Source: Nymphaea colorata
Taxonomy: Eukaryota
Direction of reading: 5' to 3'
NCBI RefSeq assembly: GCF_008831285.2
Contig: NC_045138.2
Coordinates: 19,902,001-19,966,000, forward strand
Length of the DNA stretch: 64,000 nt
This document shows positions 26,109 through 38,652 of this stretch, one piece after another. How positions within the stretch are numbered: position 1 is the first letter of the stretch; every line of letters starts with the position of its first letter. The notes under the pieces were generated by a model that searched no databases, was not told the DNA's origin, and worked only from the letters and a program-made list of their open reading frames with translations. Both the position numbers and the translations under genes were made by a program.

Positions 26109-29100
26109 AGCATCGTTGTCCGATCGAAGATGGAGGCCGCACCAAGCTATGCGGTTTCATACAAGTCCAAGATAAACCCTAAGAACCGCCATGATTCTCG
26201 ATCAAATGCTCGGCAATCGAGTTCGAGAAGGAGTCTAAGAGAGAACGAGAAGATGGCGTGGAAGCAGAGAACGAGAATATAGAAAGCAGAGAAGGGGAAG
26301 ACAAAGGTTGAGGCAAAGGTAGCCCGACCGTACGAATGGCGGACTGCTTCAGCAACGCTCTTCAGTCTTCACCATCCTCCAACGAGCGAGAGGAAAGAGA
26401 GGAGCGTTGAGTTAGGAAACAAATATCGGCACGAAAAAATCCCGTTAAAAAAATGATGGAAATAAAATTTCCTGCACTTTTCCAGAGGATTGTATATAAC
26501 GTCGAGCGATTTAAAGATCGGGACATATTTTATTTAGTAGAGAGATATTTTCCAAAAGTAATGTTATCATTTATAAAATTTATCATCCAATGTAAATCGA
26601 AAATATCGTGCCACTCCCAAAGCTTTAACTGGAACTTATAAGCATCACAACACTGTATCTCACGATAAAATGGCTTGTGTTGAAATAAAAAAACACACGC
26701 TGAAAATTAAAACTACAATCCACTTCAAATAAATTATCGGTATATTTTTTATCGGTTCTACAATGCCATTGTAAATCTAAGTACCGATTGAGCGATGTAA
26801 ATGGATCGAACACATTTTCAAATCTGTTCAAACAGATTTAGTAAAAAGTATAGATTCGATAACTATCCAGATTCGCTTCATAGTTTAATGATATAATCCA
26901 AATTTGAATCTGATATCGCCTAAGGTTTGAAAAAATCCAACCAGATTACATATAAATGTTGAACCCGAAATCAATTTTAAAGTAGTGTCTAAATATGAGC
27001 CCACATTTCAATCCGAACACATGGAATTCAATTGTGTTGAATTTGATAAAGGCTGGACTTCAATACGAGTTGTTCATGCCTTAACAACCTATTTAATTAA
27101 GCAATTTAGTGTGTTTGTTAGTGTTTTAAATGTAAAGCAACTTAGTATCCTCAAAATTATCACCTTACAGAGATGTACATAAGCCGGCGGAGTCAGAAAA
27201 TTTTAGTTGATGGGCATTAATTCATATTGTTATTGCAATGGATTGAGTGCATGTAGAACTACAATGCATTGACCTGAGTTTGATGTGGGTACTCCATATG
27301 CCCAACAGATGATAAAATAAAAAATTTACGAAGGTTTAGGGTGGGCAGTTGCCCACATCAGCCCCATGGTAGCTCTACTCCTCTGAGATTTCTCACATTG
27401 TATTTAACATATTCAAGTTTATTGCTAAGGGCTTGTTTGATTGTAAATTCATATATCTTGTTTGTATTTTTTGTTTCTTGTTTATAAAAAAGATGTGAGA
27501 GTGATGATCACCAATTGGCATGTAACCAATTCAGGTTTAAACAACTTAATTTCCTCGATATGCTTCCTCATGACTTCCAGTCGAAGTAATTCTTATAAAT
27601 CCCATTCAGGTAATCATCTTAGATCCAGATGTAATTCAAGTAGCACTATGTAGATCGGTTCAAATCCGAATCTTATCGCACGAGTTCCAATACTCAAGTG
27701 AAAGTTTCTATATTTCATGGGCAGCTGGAGTATCGGCTGCAAATGTAGGGAAAATCTTTCTCAACGAAATGCTCCTGGTCTCCTGTAACGTTGGTTAGTT
27801 TCCAACAGGGAAAAAGCTTTGCTGAGCAAAGCAAAAATATCAGAGCAAGGAAAATAACTATGTCCCACCATTCGTGGGAATTCATTTTCATCGGTCATGA
27901 TACTTTGATGGAATCTTATGCCAATTCTTCTGAAAGGGATTTTTCTCCGGCAATCTTCCTTTGGAGAAAGTTTTCCCAAATAATTTTCCGACATTGAAAA
28001 TGTTTACCTCGTTTATCGTCTCTTTTTTTCTTAACAAAGATCAACAGTTTCCTAGGAAATGTGGGTTATACAAACAACCTCTTAAAAGGGACTCATTTTT
28101 CGCAGCCCTCAAATGCCAAACTTGATTAGGGAAGAAAACTAGAACGTCTATTGGAAATGCTCTGAAATGCTACTAAGCAAACAATTTTGGTGTTTTGAAT
28201 TGATACTTGTAGCGCAATAAAAAGTGAAAATATTATCAATATGAAAGCACAACAAGATGATCTTGCAAGGCATCTCTAAATATGCTTCAACAGGAGCAAT
28301 TGGAAATGATCAACACTGACGGGCGTCCGCTGCCGCCTTGGAATCTTATACAGCCACGAGAAACTTGGCAGAGCCGGGAAATTGTGTCATAGGCGCCTAA
28401 CAAGGAAAAAGAAGAACGAAAAGGAAAATGACCCAAAAGAATGACCGGCTTTTCCTTTTTCTTTTTTAGGGTGAGTGGTTCTTTCTACCGCTTAGAAAAG
28501 ATGCCACCGCCTCCTCTTTCTATTCCTCATCTTTGGGGCGCACAAGCATACTTTGAATCCTAGATTTCCCGAGTCTGACCCAATTGGATCTCCTCTAATC
28601 AGCTTTGGTTTGCCTTAGCTTTTGAACGTGAACCCAAATCCAAATGCCACAAATTTTGGTATCTGAATCCCAGACTCAAATCCAAACCTGGTCGCAAACT
28701 GAATTTTGAATCTGAATCTGAATTTGAATAATAACCCAATTCTATTTCCTGCACCAAGCTCATCAAGTGGATGAAATTCATGCGAGTAATTAAAGAAATC
28801 AAAACCCTAATAAGCCATTGGACAACAGGTGTCACGGGCCGACTCCTTCGGCCCGTGCGGCGCGGCAAACTCTCGCCAGTAAGCCGCAAGCCTTCGCCTT
28901 CGTTCAAGAACAGGTGCGCTTGGATTTAGTTGAAAGGCCTTTAAGACGACAAACATTGTGTTCTTAAAACACATATTTCAAAAACACTATATTACACGAT
29001 GTAATTGTAGATGTTGTTTTCAAATCCATCAATCAAATATTAGATACAAGCATACTACGTTTTCTCAAACAAAAAAAGAAAAAGTTGCCTTCTTCCTGGC

Positions 29101-29983
29101 TTCCTCCAAACAACTTTAGTTTCATAAACAGTGAATTCTAGTTGAACGAGTCAGCTCATGAACTCGAGCTCGACTCGTTAAACAAATGACTCGACTTGAA
29201 CTCATTCACGAGCCCAGCTCTCGTTGTTCACCCCTAATTCTTCGTCACCTCATTTCTCTATCACGAGGGATTATTCTTCCAAGGCAATCAGGCAATCTGG
29301 AGATGGATGTCGGTTTAACTTTTAGCTAAATCCAGATCCAATTAGTTCTGGATTTTTACTTACTGGATTTGGATTTGATTCGATCACTAACAGTAAGCCC
29401 ATGCAAATGAGTTTGAACTCATGTTCGAGATCAAATGCATTAAACTCGTGACGTTCTTACGCCATGACAGTCAGTGTTGTTACAATAAGTTTGTGAATCG
29501 GATAAAAATATATAAAAAAAAGTCGTTTTAAAACAAAATTCAATGGATAAAGTATATAAAATAATTTTGAACAAAAAATTTAAAATATATTTAATTTCAA
29601 GCCGATTATCGTAACACTGCATGGTGGTGTTAAATATGGTCGGTTTTGTATTTTGTATTTTTCATTTATAAAAAGGATGTAGATTAATGGATTGAATACC
29701 ATATTTCACTCATTAGATACAGATCCACCAGACTCTAGTGTCCGATTTAAATTCAAATGCAGCCGGATTTTGATGTTTACCCGAATCAGAAATCTCCCAC
29801 ATTCAGTAAAAAAAAAAATCTTATAGCTAAATTAAATCCAATTACCTAATGTTTTCTTTTTTGATTCCAGTCAATCATATCTGAATCCAAATCAAATATT
29901 TGCATATGATCCATTGACATCCTCATGAGTCATTGCCCCCACAAGGGCAAACTAGATCTATATAAGTTAAAGAGCACTGCAAA

Positions 29984-30163
29984 TAGGGGCTAAGCCAAGG
30001 AGGGGACTTTATGGGCCTTGGCCCCACTTCAATTTTTTGTAAAAAAATAATTTACATATAAATTAAAAAAAAAACTTGTTTTATATAAAAATTTTGAAAA
30101 ATGATATTATGACCTGTGTCAAAATTTATAAACTTTAATTCAAAATTTCTGGCTCTACCCTTC
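29984..30163. mobile_element. hAT-type MITE, close relative of 48314-48481
   Basis: Shares the internal TGGCCCCACTTCAATTTTTT...AAAATGATAT...GTCAAAATTT...AAATTTCTGGCTC sequence with the 48.3 kb copy; flanks ACTGCAAA / ACTACAAA (7/8 TSD). Confidence 0.72.
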
Positions 30164-31842
30164 ACTACAAAATATGCTACAAAAAAACTATGTGGAAAAT
30201 ATACAAGCTATCTATTAAGCCGCCATGAAGGCTCACATAGTTAGTCTGGCCGGCACTGGCAAAATTCTGTGTTGCTAGATCGATTCCAATGGGTGCTACG
30301 ACTTTGCGCTTTTATGGAGGGGGATTGTGTTAGTTGACGTACACCGAGCTTACCTACACCTAGCACCAAGCACCACTCTCCACCCTAGGGCAAGGGAAAC
30401 AGGGGGAGCTTCAGCTCTCATCCATGTGTAGAGCTGCAAATGGGTTAGATCCGAGAGGCCTAAAATGCATTAAAAGTCGGAGAAAAATAAAAAAAAAATC
30501 AAATATAGTATGACAAAACTCTCAAATCAAATCTAACCCACTCGCTCAACCCAGAACATCAAAAAGGAGGAACTGAGGAAGTACCGTTGGCCTTCCGCAT
30601 TTATTGAAGGTCTAGAAAAAGAGGCAAGGAAAATAGAGGGACTTCCGGGCTTTTTTTCTGGTGGTAGGTTGTTAACCTCTTGCTCACATAAAAAAAAAAG
30701 GAAAGAACAAGACACCAGTTGTCGATGTCTGTGGCAGGTTAGGGAAAAACCAAATCAATCTTAATTTTCAATATATTGGGAGTGGAGAAATGGGAACAGA
30801 GGGACTCATTTTAAGAGGTGGGCTCTCCTTTTTTGTACAAATTTGTGTTGATCTCCAGCTGGACCCAGAGTTTGGAACATTGATTGTGACCAAGAAGATG
30901 CAACTGAAATTACTTGCTTATCTTGTTGTAAACTTCAACATTTAAATATTAATAACGGGTTAATAACAGTAAGCCCAGATGAAGATGATCTAGGAACAAT
31001 CTAAGGAACAGAGTTTTAACACAAACAATATCTAGATCGGATGTCATGATCTAAGAAACTTCATACCATTAGTGTTAAGCCCTTTATAAACTCTGATCTA
31101 TACATTAGATTTTTTTATATTTTTCATGAGATTCATCTCAAATACTCAATCTCAATGGTTGGATTTGTGAAAAACTAGCTGAGAACAAGTGAACATGCTA
31201 GTCGCCCGTCACATGGGAACTCACATAAAATATTAGAAAAACAAAGAGAACAGCAAATTAAGTAAGCAGATCTTACTTTTTGAATCAAATATCCCGATAC
31301 AAGCTGTTTGCAAGTGAAGAGAAAGGCGTTGGAGCAACTTGGAAATGGTTTCCCGTGGAATAGAGTGGACCGGAAACAGGAATACTGCAGGTAAAGTGGA
31401 GGAGGCAGAAAATTGAGGGGGAAAGCTAGCACCCCATGTCTTACGAACCTGTTTGGGAACCGCCCCCACTTTCCAAGGAAAAGCATTCCGATCTTCCACT
31501 GGATCGGGATAACAAGAGGAGGCTGTCCCCTTGTAAAAGGTGACCCACGCGCCACGAGCAAGGTATGGTACGACCGGCATATTTGCCCTGCTATGTGATT
31601 CTTGGATTTCCCTTTCAAGATCTCAAGAAAACAGATCACACGGGAAGCATTTTCTCATGGTTAGTGACGCAAGTGAAAGTGAGAATGTGATTTGCGATTC
31701 CCACCTGAGAGAATTTACAGTATCTTGTGCACCAATTTGTCGCAAGCTTGAACAAAGAGAGAACGCGAGAGACAGAGAGAGAAAGATGAGGAAATACTTG
31801 AGAAATTGTTAACAAGGTCATTACTTTTATATATATATATAT

Positions 31843-31878
<36 letters not shown>

Positions 31879-31912
31879 GAGGAGGAAATACTTGAGAAAT
31901 TGGAACAAGGTC

Positions 31913-31955
<43 letters not shown>

Positions 31956-32724
31956 AAGAAAAGCTGCACTAGGTTTAAAAAGTTATAAAAAGATGATTGT
32001 TTTACAAAAGGCTGCTCCTTTTGAGAAAATATTTAGGATGATCAGTTTATGCAAAAGAGGCAAAACATCTGCTTGAAAAATAATATCACACCTCTTATGT
32101 TTTATTAGAATATTATTGTATAATTAGCTGTTTTGCGTTTTGAATTTTACAACTGCTGTATTTTGTTTGGGATTTTGTATAATATTCCATAAAAAAAAAG
32201 TTGTATGTTTTAAAGATTTAAGCGCCAATAACTACGTAGATTGGGTAGCATCCACGAGAATTATAATTATATTAAAGATATATCATCTACACGACTAGAC
32301 CCCAAGCATGCAAGATAAAAGTGATGAAAGATTCATTTTACTTGTATTAGAGGAATAAACCAATACAAGTTCGTGTTTGGTGCGCGTCACGCTTCGGTCA
32401 TGTCCTTGGCACGTGAGAAGCTATAAGACAAGGACGCCTACCGGAATCTTGCGACTACAACCCCACAAAATCTAAGTGCAGACAAAAAGCCGTGGTCCTG
32501 GTGCCACCCGTGAATTATATTAAATTTTTATAGTAAATACAAAAGGAAGGAAGAAAAAGGTCGACCTCCATTTAAAATGAATTTAATTAACGCCAAAAGG
32601 GGAAAGCACCAACATGGATATAACTTATGTAGCGTGGATTTCTCCAGTTCTTTCTTTGTATGTTCTGTTGGATGTTATATACTTAGTCCGATCCCACGCC
32701 CAATTGGCACATGATTGGAAGATT

Positions 32725-32782
<58 letters not shown>

Positions 32783-33009
32783 ATAATTTGTAGGTTTTTA
32801 AATTTTTAGCTGCTAGGCTCCTAAGAAGTTAATCTCAGCAGTTGATTTAAAGAGAAAAAAAAGATTTAGATATTTCATCACCTAATATTAATTCACAGCT
32901 TTTCCTTTTTTCTCTCAATATAGGTTAAAAAGAAAAAATTGAAGCCTAGGATGGTTCATTAGCAGTCTAAAAATTTTGACATCTCTTTTTGCCTTTTTTT
33001 TTTCTCTTT

Positions 33010-33060
<51 letters not shown>

Positions 33061-33139
33061 ATTTTTGTAAATTTTTAAAAATTAAAATTTTTTTGTTAAG
33101 ACTAGTAGGGCCAGTTCAAGGCTCCCCAAGCCTAAGAGC

Positions 33140-33311
33140 CAGTGGCATAGCCAGATAGTGGCTGGTGTGGTCTGTTACCCACATTAGGCTCATAAAATAA
33201 ATTTAATATATGGTAATGTTTTGATATATTTTATTATTATATATGTAAGTACCTTAAAAAAAAATTAATACTAGTGCCCTTTCAAATAAAAAATTTCTGA
33301 ATCCACTAATG
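33140..33311. mobile_element. hAT-type MITE
   Basis: Ends CAGTGGCATAGCC / AAATTTCTGAATCCACTAATG; flanks CTAAGAGC / CTAATAGC (7/8). Confidence 0.62.
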
Positions 33312-36072
33312 CTAATAGCTAAACAACACCTGACGCGCTTTTATATTTCCCTGTACTCTCTTTTCCATTACATAATATTTTATAATTTATTACATTAATC
33401 TTTGTGTTTTTTTTTTTTAATTTCCAAGGAAGAAAAAGAGCAGCCAACGTAGACTTCAAGTTGAGCAGACGATGCGGACTCGTAGTCGCGTGTGGTGGCC
33501 TGATGGGACTTGGGAGTAGCAAAATGTAGCCATCGCGGTTGGTGAGGGCCCTCTCTCACCAACCCCACACAAAATTTGATCACTTTTCCGGTCGCCATCG
33601 ATCTTTGGGACAAATCTTTTATCATGAATAAGAATCTCAGGGAAAACATAAATTTTTTTCTAAGAAAATGGTTGAGAAAAAAACTCATATGAATGGAAAA
33701 TTAAGTTTTTGCGATGATATATGTTAAGAGGAAGATGGGAGAGGGAAAATTCATTCAAATCCTTTTACTACTGATATTATGCGGATTCTAAAACATTTTG
33801 GTTCGATGTGTGCAGAGGCGGACCTAGAAACTTTTGACTACGGGGTATTAGTTATAAAATTTAAAATTTTTAAGGAACACCAATAATAAAAATTTGCTCT
33901 CGAGTGTCAATACGAAACAAGTATTTTTTGTAGGTCCGTGTGGTCAATTGCCCTCCCTACTGGATGAGGGTGTAGGAACAATTTATGAAGCTAGATGGAA
34001 GTAAATTAAGAAATTCCAATGATTTATATGTCAATGGAGAGGAACCAGAAATTTGTCCAACCTATTGATTCGATGTAAAATCCTTGAGCTTCTTATTGAA
34101 ATCTACAACTCATCCAACTTGAAGGTTTTCTTTAAACTAACTCACCATCTTTGCCATGTACCTCATGTACAAAAATTATAGAAACTTTTTAAAAGGTTAT
34201 GACAACTAAAAGCAGTAGCCTAGCTAAATATAGGCATGCGTGGGCAGTTGCCCATACTAACAACAAAATTTTTATTTATTTTTACATAGATTTCTTACTA
34301 TTTACTTATTTATATATGTTGTGTCCCTTCAAAAATGAGAATTTCTATAACAGTATCCCATAACCAAAAAATTTCTGGCTCCACCACTCACTAAAATGTC
34401 ATGCAGGTTTAGGAATCACAATGCTCCAGACTCTCACACATGCAGCTCAAATTCCTATTGGACAGTATTATTATCCCTTTTTTACCATCTTATAGACAAA
34501 AACCACAACTTAAGCTTCCCGTTATCCATAAGAAAGTATCTAGTAAAAAGAATATTGTGTTATCGAAACACATGTTCTTAAAACGCATGCATGTTCCAAA
34601 AACACAATGTTCTTTTCGTTGATGTTCTATAAGACTATGCATTTTGACTTATGCAAGGGATGCCACTCATAGTATTTGAATGTCAGACTGCCTTTGCGGC
34701 GATCGTAGCCTCGACGACCCCTCGGAGAATGCAACATGCATGCTCTTAACTCGAGTTTATTGAAGGGACTCCATGAAGACTCAATTCTTTCTCAGACCTT
34801 AATGGTTTGAAAATATAATGCTAACATCAAACAACAAGCCATGGCTTGGTAGGCTCTGGGCCACCATGGAAGGTCGTCGCCCCACTCAGAGATGGCAAAG
34901 TGACTATGGCAACTCATTTCGTAAAATTCAAATCTTGCAACAAAACCCTGCTCATGATATTTCGTTTCTGTTAATGCAAAATTTGTAAATCTGGTTCCTT
35001 CAACTTTTTAGTATCCTCTTGTTTGCTGGTTTCCATATTGGCTCGAGTTTAGCTCTTTACTGTGGAGTGATTGCCAATTTTTGTTGTATATATATGCTGT
35101 TGGAATAAAAGGTTAGGGGGGGCTTTCCCCCGCAGGGTTGTTGCGGAAGGGACTCAGTTTGTTGTTGTCTTCTACTTTTTGTGAAAAAAAAATTCATGTT
35201 AGAGTTTTCATGAACCCTACTCTTAATTGGTTTATTTATCACATTGTAGCAGAAAAAAAAAACTTGGTTCCAATAATTTAGAAGAAAAGGATTTCCAAAT
35301 TAAAAGTAATTGATGGAATTATAAAGTTTATGCAAATGGTCAAGTCAGTTTGGTAGTGACCTCCATCCAAGGAGTTGGGAAAGAGACAATTTGGAAGAGA
35401 CAACCAATCCCCTTACTAGAGTGCCCACCAAACCCAATTTCTTTAACTTGAATGAATTGCCTACTTACTGGGTCCCAAATTGACCAAAAGGGATTGGTGA
35501 AGCATTACTTGACTCAAAAATGAAATATTCTATTTCTTATCAAAGAGAAGATCAGCTTGCCTTCCCATACAACCTGTTACAAAATCCCAAGCTATTTTCA
35601 TGTCTCCATCTGGGCTGTTGGCTTAGTTGGCTGCCCAATTTTTGGCCCAATGCGAATCTTATGCACATCCTAGCATTGACTATATATTTCTTGGTGGCAC
35701 TCCATGTAACCAATAAAGAAAAGGAAACAACAATCCTCACCAAAGTTGAACCAAAAAAATTGACCAAGAGAGTCATTCTTACAAACCTAATACAGAGAAA
35801 GTGACAAGCATGAGCAGTGGGGTGGAGCCAGAGAGATGAATTGACTAGTATATATGATAATATATTCATAACTGTCACGAAAGAACATCAAATCCAATAG
35901 CCTCAAGTCTAAACTAAAAGAAATTAAACAAAAAGGAAGAGAGACATGAATGAGGAAACAACAAACATTGCCCTTGATGGGGTTGGTCGGTGTAATGGCT
36001 TGGGGCGGGAGCTGGCAGGTAGCCAATTTTAATTTCGAGTGCCAAGGAACATCAACCTCCTATGCTACAAAA

Positions 36073-36181
<109 letters not shown>

Positions 36182-37267
36182 TGATCAAGTTGAAGCATAG
36201 CAAAGACAATACCCCAAGATATGGAGAGAAGACTCTATACCTGACAACATGTCAGGTGGAAGCTTTGGATTTTTGCTTAGTTGTGGGTCTGCCCTACTTA
36301 CTTGGAAAACAACTTACATTAAAACTTAAGAGCAATTGTGTTGAGATTATGTAGACATGGATTTACTCCTATTCATTGGTGGGATCTTGTTTTCCGGTTC
36401 CACCCTTTGAATGGTCCGAACTGATAAAGGGGAGGGAGAAAGGAATATAAATGGAATATGCATGGTTCCAAAACTAGTCTCTCTCTTCACCAACCATTTC
36501 TTGCATATGAAAAATTCTTGGAGCCACACTTCTCTTACTATTTCAAATATGTTGACAAAGGATGTCCAGTTTGGATAAAGAATCCATAAGAATCTCAAGG
36601 GGTTGTTTGGTAGGAAGAACACTCAGGGAGGTTCTAATGTTCCATGAACCTGCATCAATATTTGGGAACAATTCATTTGACACTCTCCGAATGCTTTTTG
36701 CTGCCAAACGATCCCCAAAGGTAACAACCTAAATAGATTTACAAGGTGCTTGAGACAATGATTGATGGAGCTACATGTGGGCGGTTGCTTGTGGGTTCCA
36801 AATGGGAAATGAACTCGGATTCTAGGCCCAACCATATATAGCTGCTCCACTAGATCCAAGTGTGCCTAATTAGTTTGCCTCTTCAGTTAGAAATTTCTAC
36901 CTCCACCATTGCCTTGCTCGGCGTCGAGCATATATTAATTAGAAAGATGACATGCCGATGTGTTGTTCCCTAGAGCTAGAAATGGGGAAAGAAAAAGTAA
37001 CATGAAGCTATTATAAGTTGACCTAACAAAGGAGAAATAAATCGAGTGTTCACACATTGCTTTGTTCTCTTTGCCACAAGATAAAAGCTAGGAAGGCTTG
37101 GGAAGTTTCTTATATTGTAACTTAGAGATGTGAAACACCACAAGATCACTCTCTTCAGTCAGTCTACTTGAAATAATCCAAAATTTCCATACTTGGACAC
37201 ACAGACACATAAATATGCAAATACTTGAATGAAGCAATATAAAAAAATAAAAGTACTTAGTTATTGC

Positions 37268-37417
37268 TAGTGGTGTAGCCATATGAATATCTTAAAAGTT
37301 CTTTATTTTAAAATGAGAATCTTAAATATTTATCCTTATATATATACAAGTGTCTGATCAGATTTGAGTACTTTTAAACAAGTGCCCCTCCAGCCAATTT
37401 TTCTGGTTCCGCCACTG
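37268..37417. mobile_element. hAT-type MITE
   Basis: TIRs TAGTGGTGTAGCCA / TGGTTCCGCCACTG; flanks GTTATTGC / GTTATTGT (7/8). Confidence 0.7.
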
Positions 37418-38423
37418 GTTATTGTGCCTAATATGTTGTATGACACACTTAGTTATTTCAACTCGGGACAAAACCGGTGAAAGTTTATATTTGTAGATGA
37501 TAATTTTTTTTTAATTGGTCTTTACTCTTCACAAGTAGGACAAGACAGTGTTGTCTGTCTTTCTCGAGAGAATACTTAAACCTGAAATAGAAAATTAGGA
37601 GTATTGCTTCAGACATTCGTCTGAACCCATTGTAGATGTGTTCAATAAAATACTTCAAACTTTTCGATAGAAACACAACAAAAGGTAAGTTGGAGTTCTA
37701 TTAAAACTAGAAAGAACTTAAAAGGTTTTTGTTGATTCCTCTCAATTGTGAGGAAGTTTCAAATGATTAAGTGATTCTCTAAGGCAATAAGAGGAAAATT
37801 GAGGCATGACACCTATCAAGTCATTGCTAACTACTCCCAAAACCTACTAGGACGCATTTGCTAACCTTGGATTTGAGATTCGACCCTTCCCCCCTTCTGT
37901 AGGACTTCACTTATAGGTTTGATCCTCTTAACATGGATTTAAAGTCCACAATTTTACATAGTGGCGAAGTTTTAGACAGTGAATCCCACATAAGATGGAT
38001 TTTAGAATAGCTTCAGATTTAAGGTCCTAGTGCATTCATTTGAAAGCCCTACTTTAGGAGAAGAGACAAATTATGATGCTTTGGGAATGGGTTTTTTTTT
38101 TTTGTTTTCTTGGAGCAATGTTCATTTGAAATGAATGAGAGGGAAATTCACAATTTAGATCTACTTGAGTAAAACTTTTTAAGGTGTCAAGTAAGAAGAA
38201 CATAATGTTTTTGGAATGCATTTTGGAAATTAAGAAGAACACAATGTTTTCGGAATGCATTTTGGAAATAATAAACAAAAGAGCCAAGACTTTGGTGATT
38301 ATGGATGTTTTGGTGATAAAACAAAGAGCCAAGACTTCTACATTATCTTTGCCCCCAGTGTCTAAAGCTACAAAAACTTGTGTAAGAGGTAAATATATTC
38401 CAAAAACATAATATTCTTCTTAA

Positions 38424-38652
38424 AGCCCCGTTTGATGCACAAAGATTTACTGTGCATCGGGAAAACTTACCCTTTTTGTACAGCTTTTCATACTCAAATC
38501 AAACATATGAAAAATTACTCTGTCAAATTTAATGGATCGGGGTAATTTTACCCTGGAAAAAGTCGGACCTGGGGAGGTTCGTCTTTTTACCATATATTTT
38601 TTTACATGGTAATTTTACCACTCAAAATTTCACTCTACCATCAAACGGGACC
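38424..38652. mobile_element. Tourist-like (PIF/Harbinger) MITE
   Basis: 14-bp TIRs AGCCCCGTTTGATG / CATCAAACGGGACC (12/14) flanked by TAA on both sides. Confidence 0.75.

Noticed and set aside
31175..31639. Overlapping 115-154-aa ORFs
   Set aside because: No domain similarity recognised and no consistent splice structure.
34756..34773. miR159/319-like sequence TTTATTGAAGGGACTCCA
   Set aside because: It needs gaps and mismatches in the 5' seed region, and no complementary star arm is visible.
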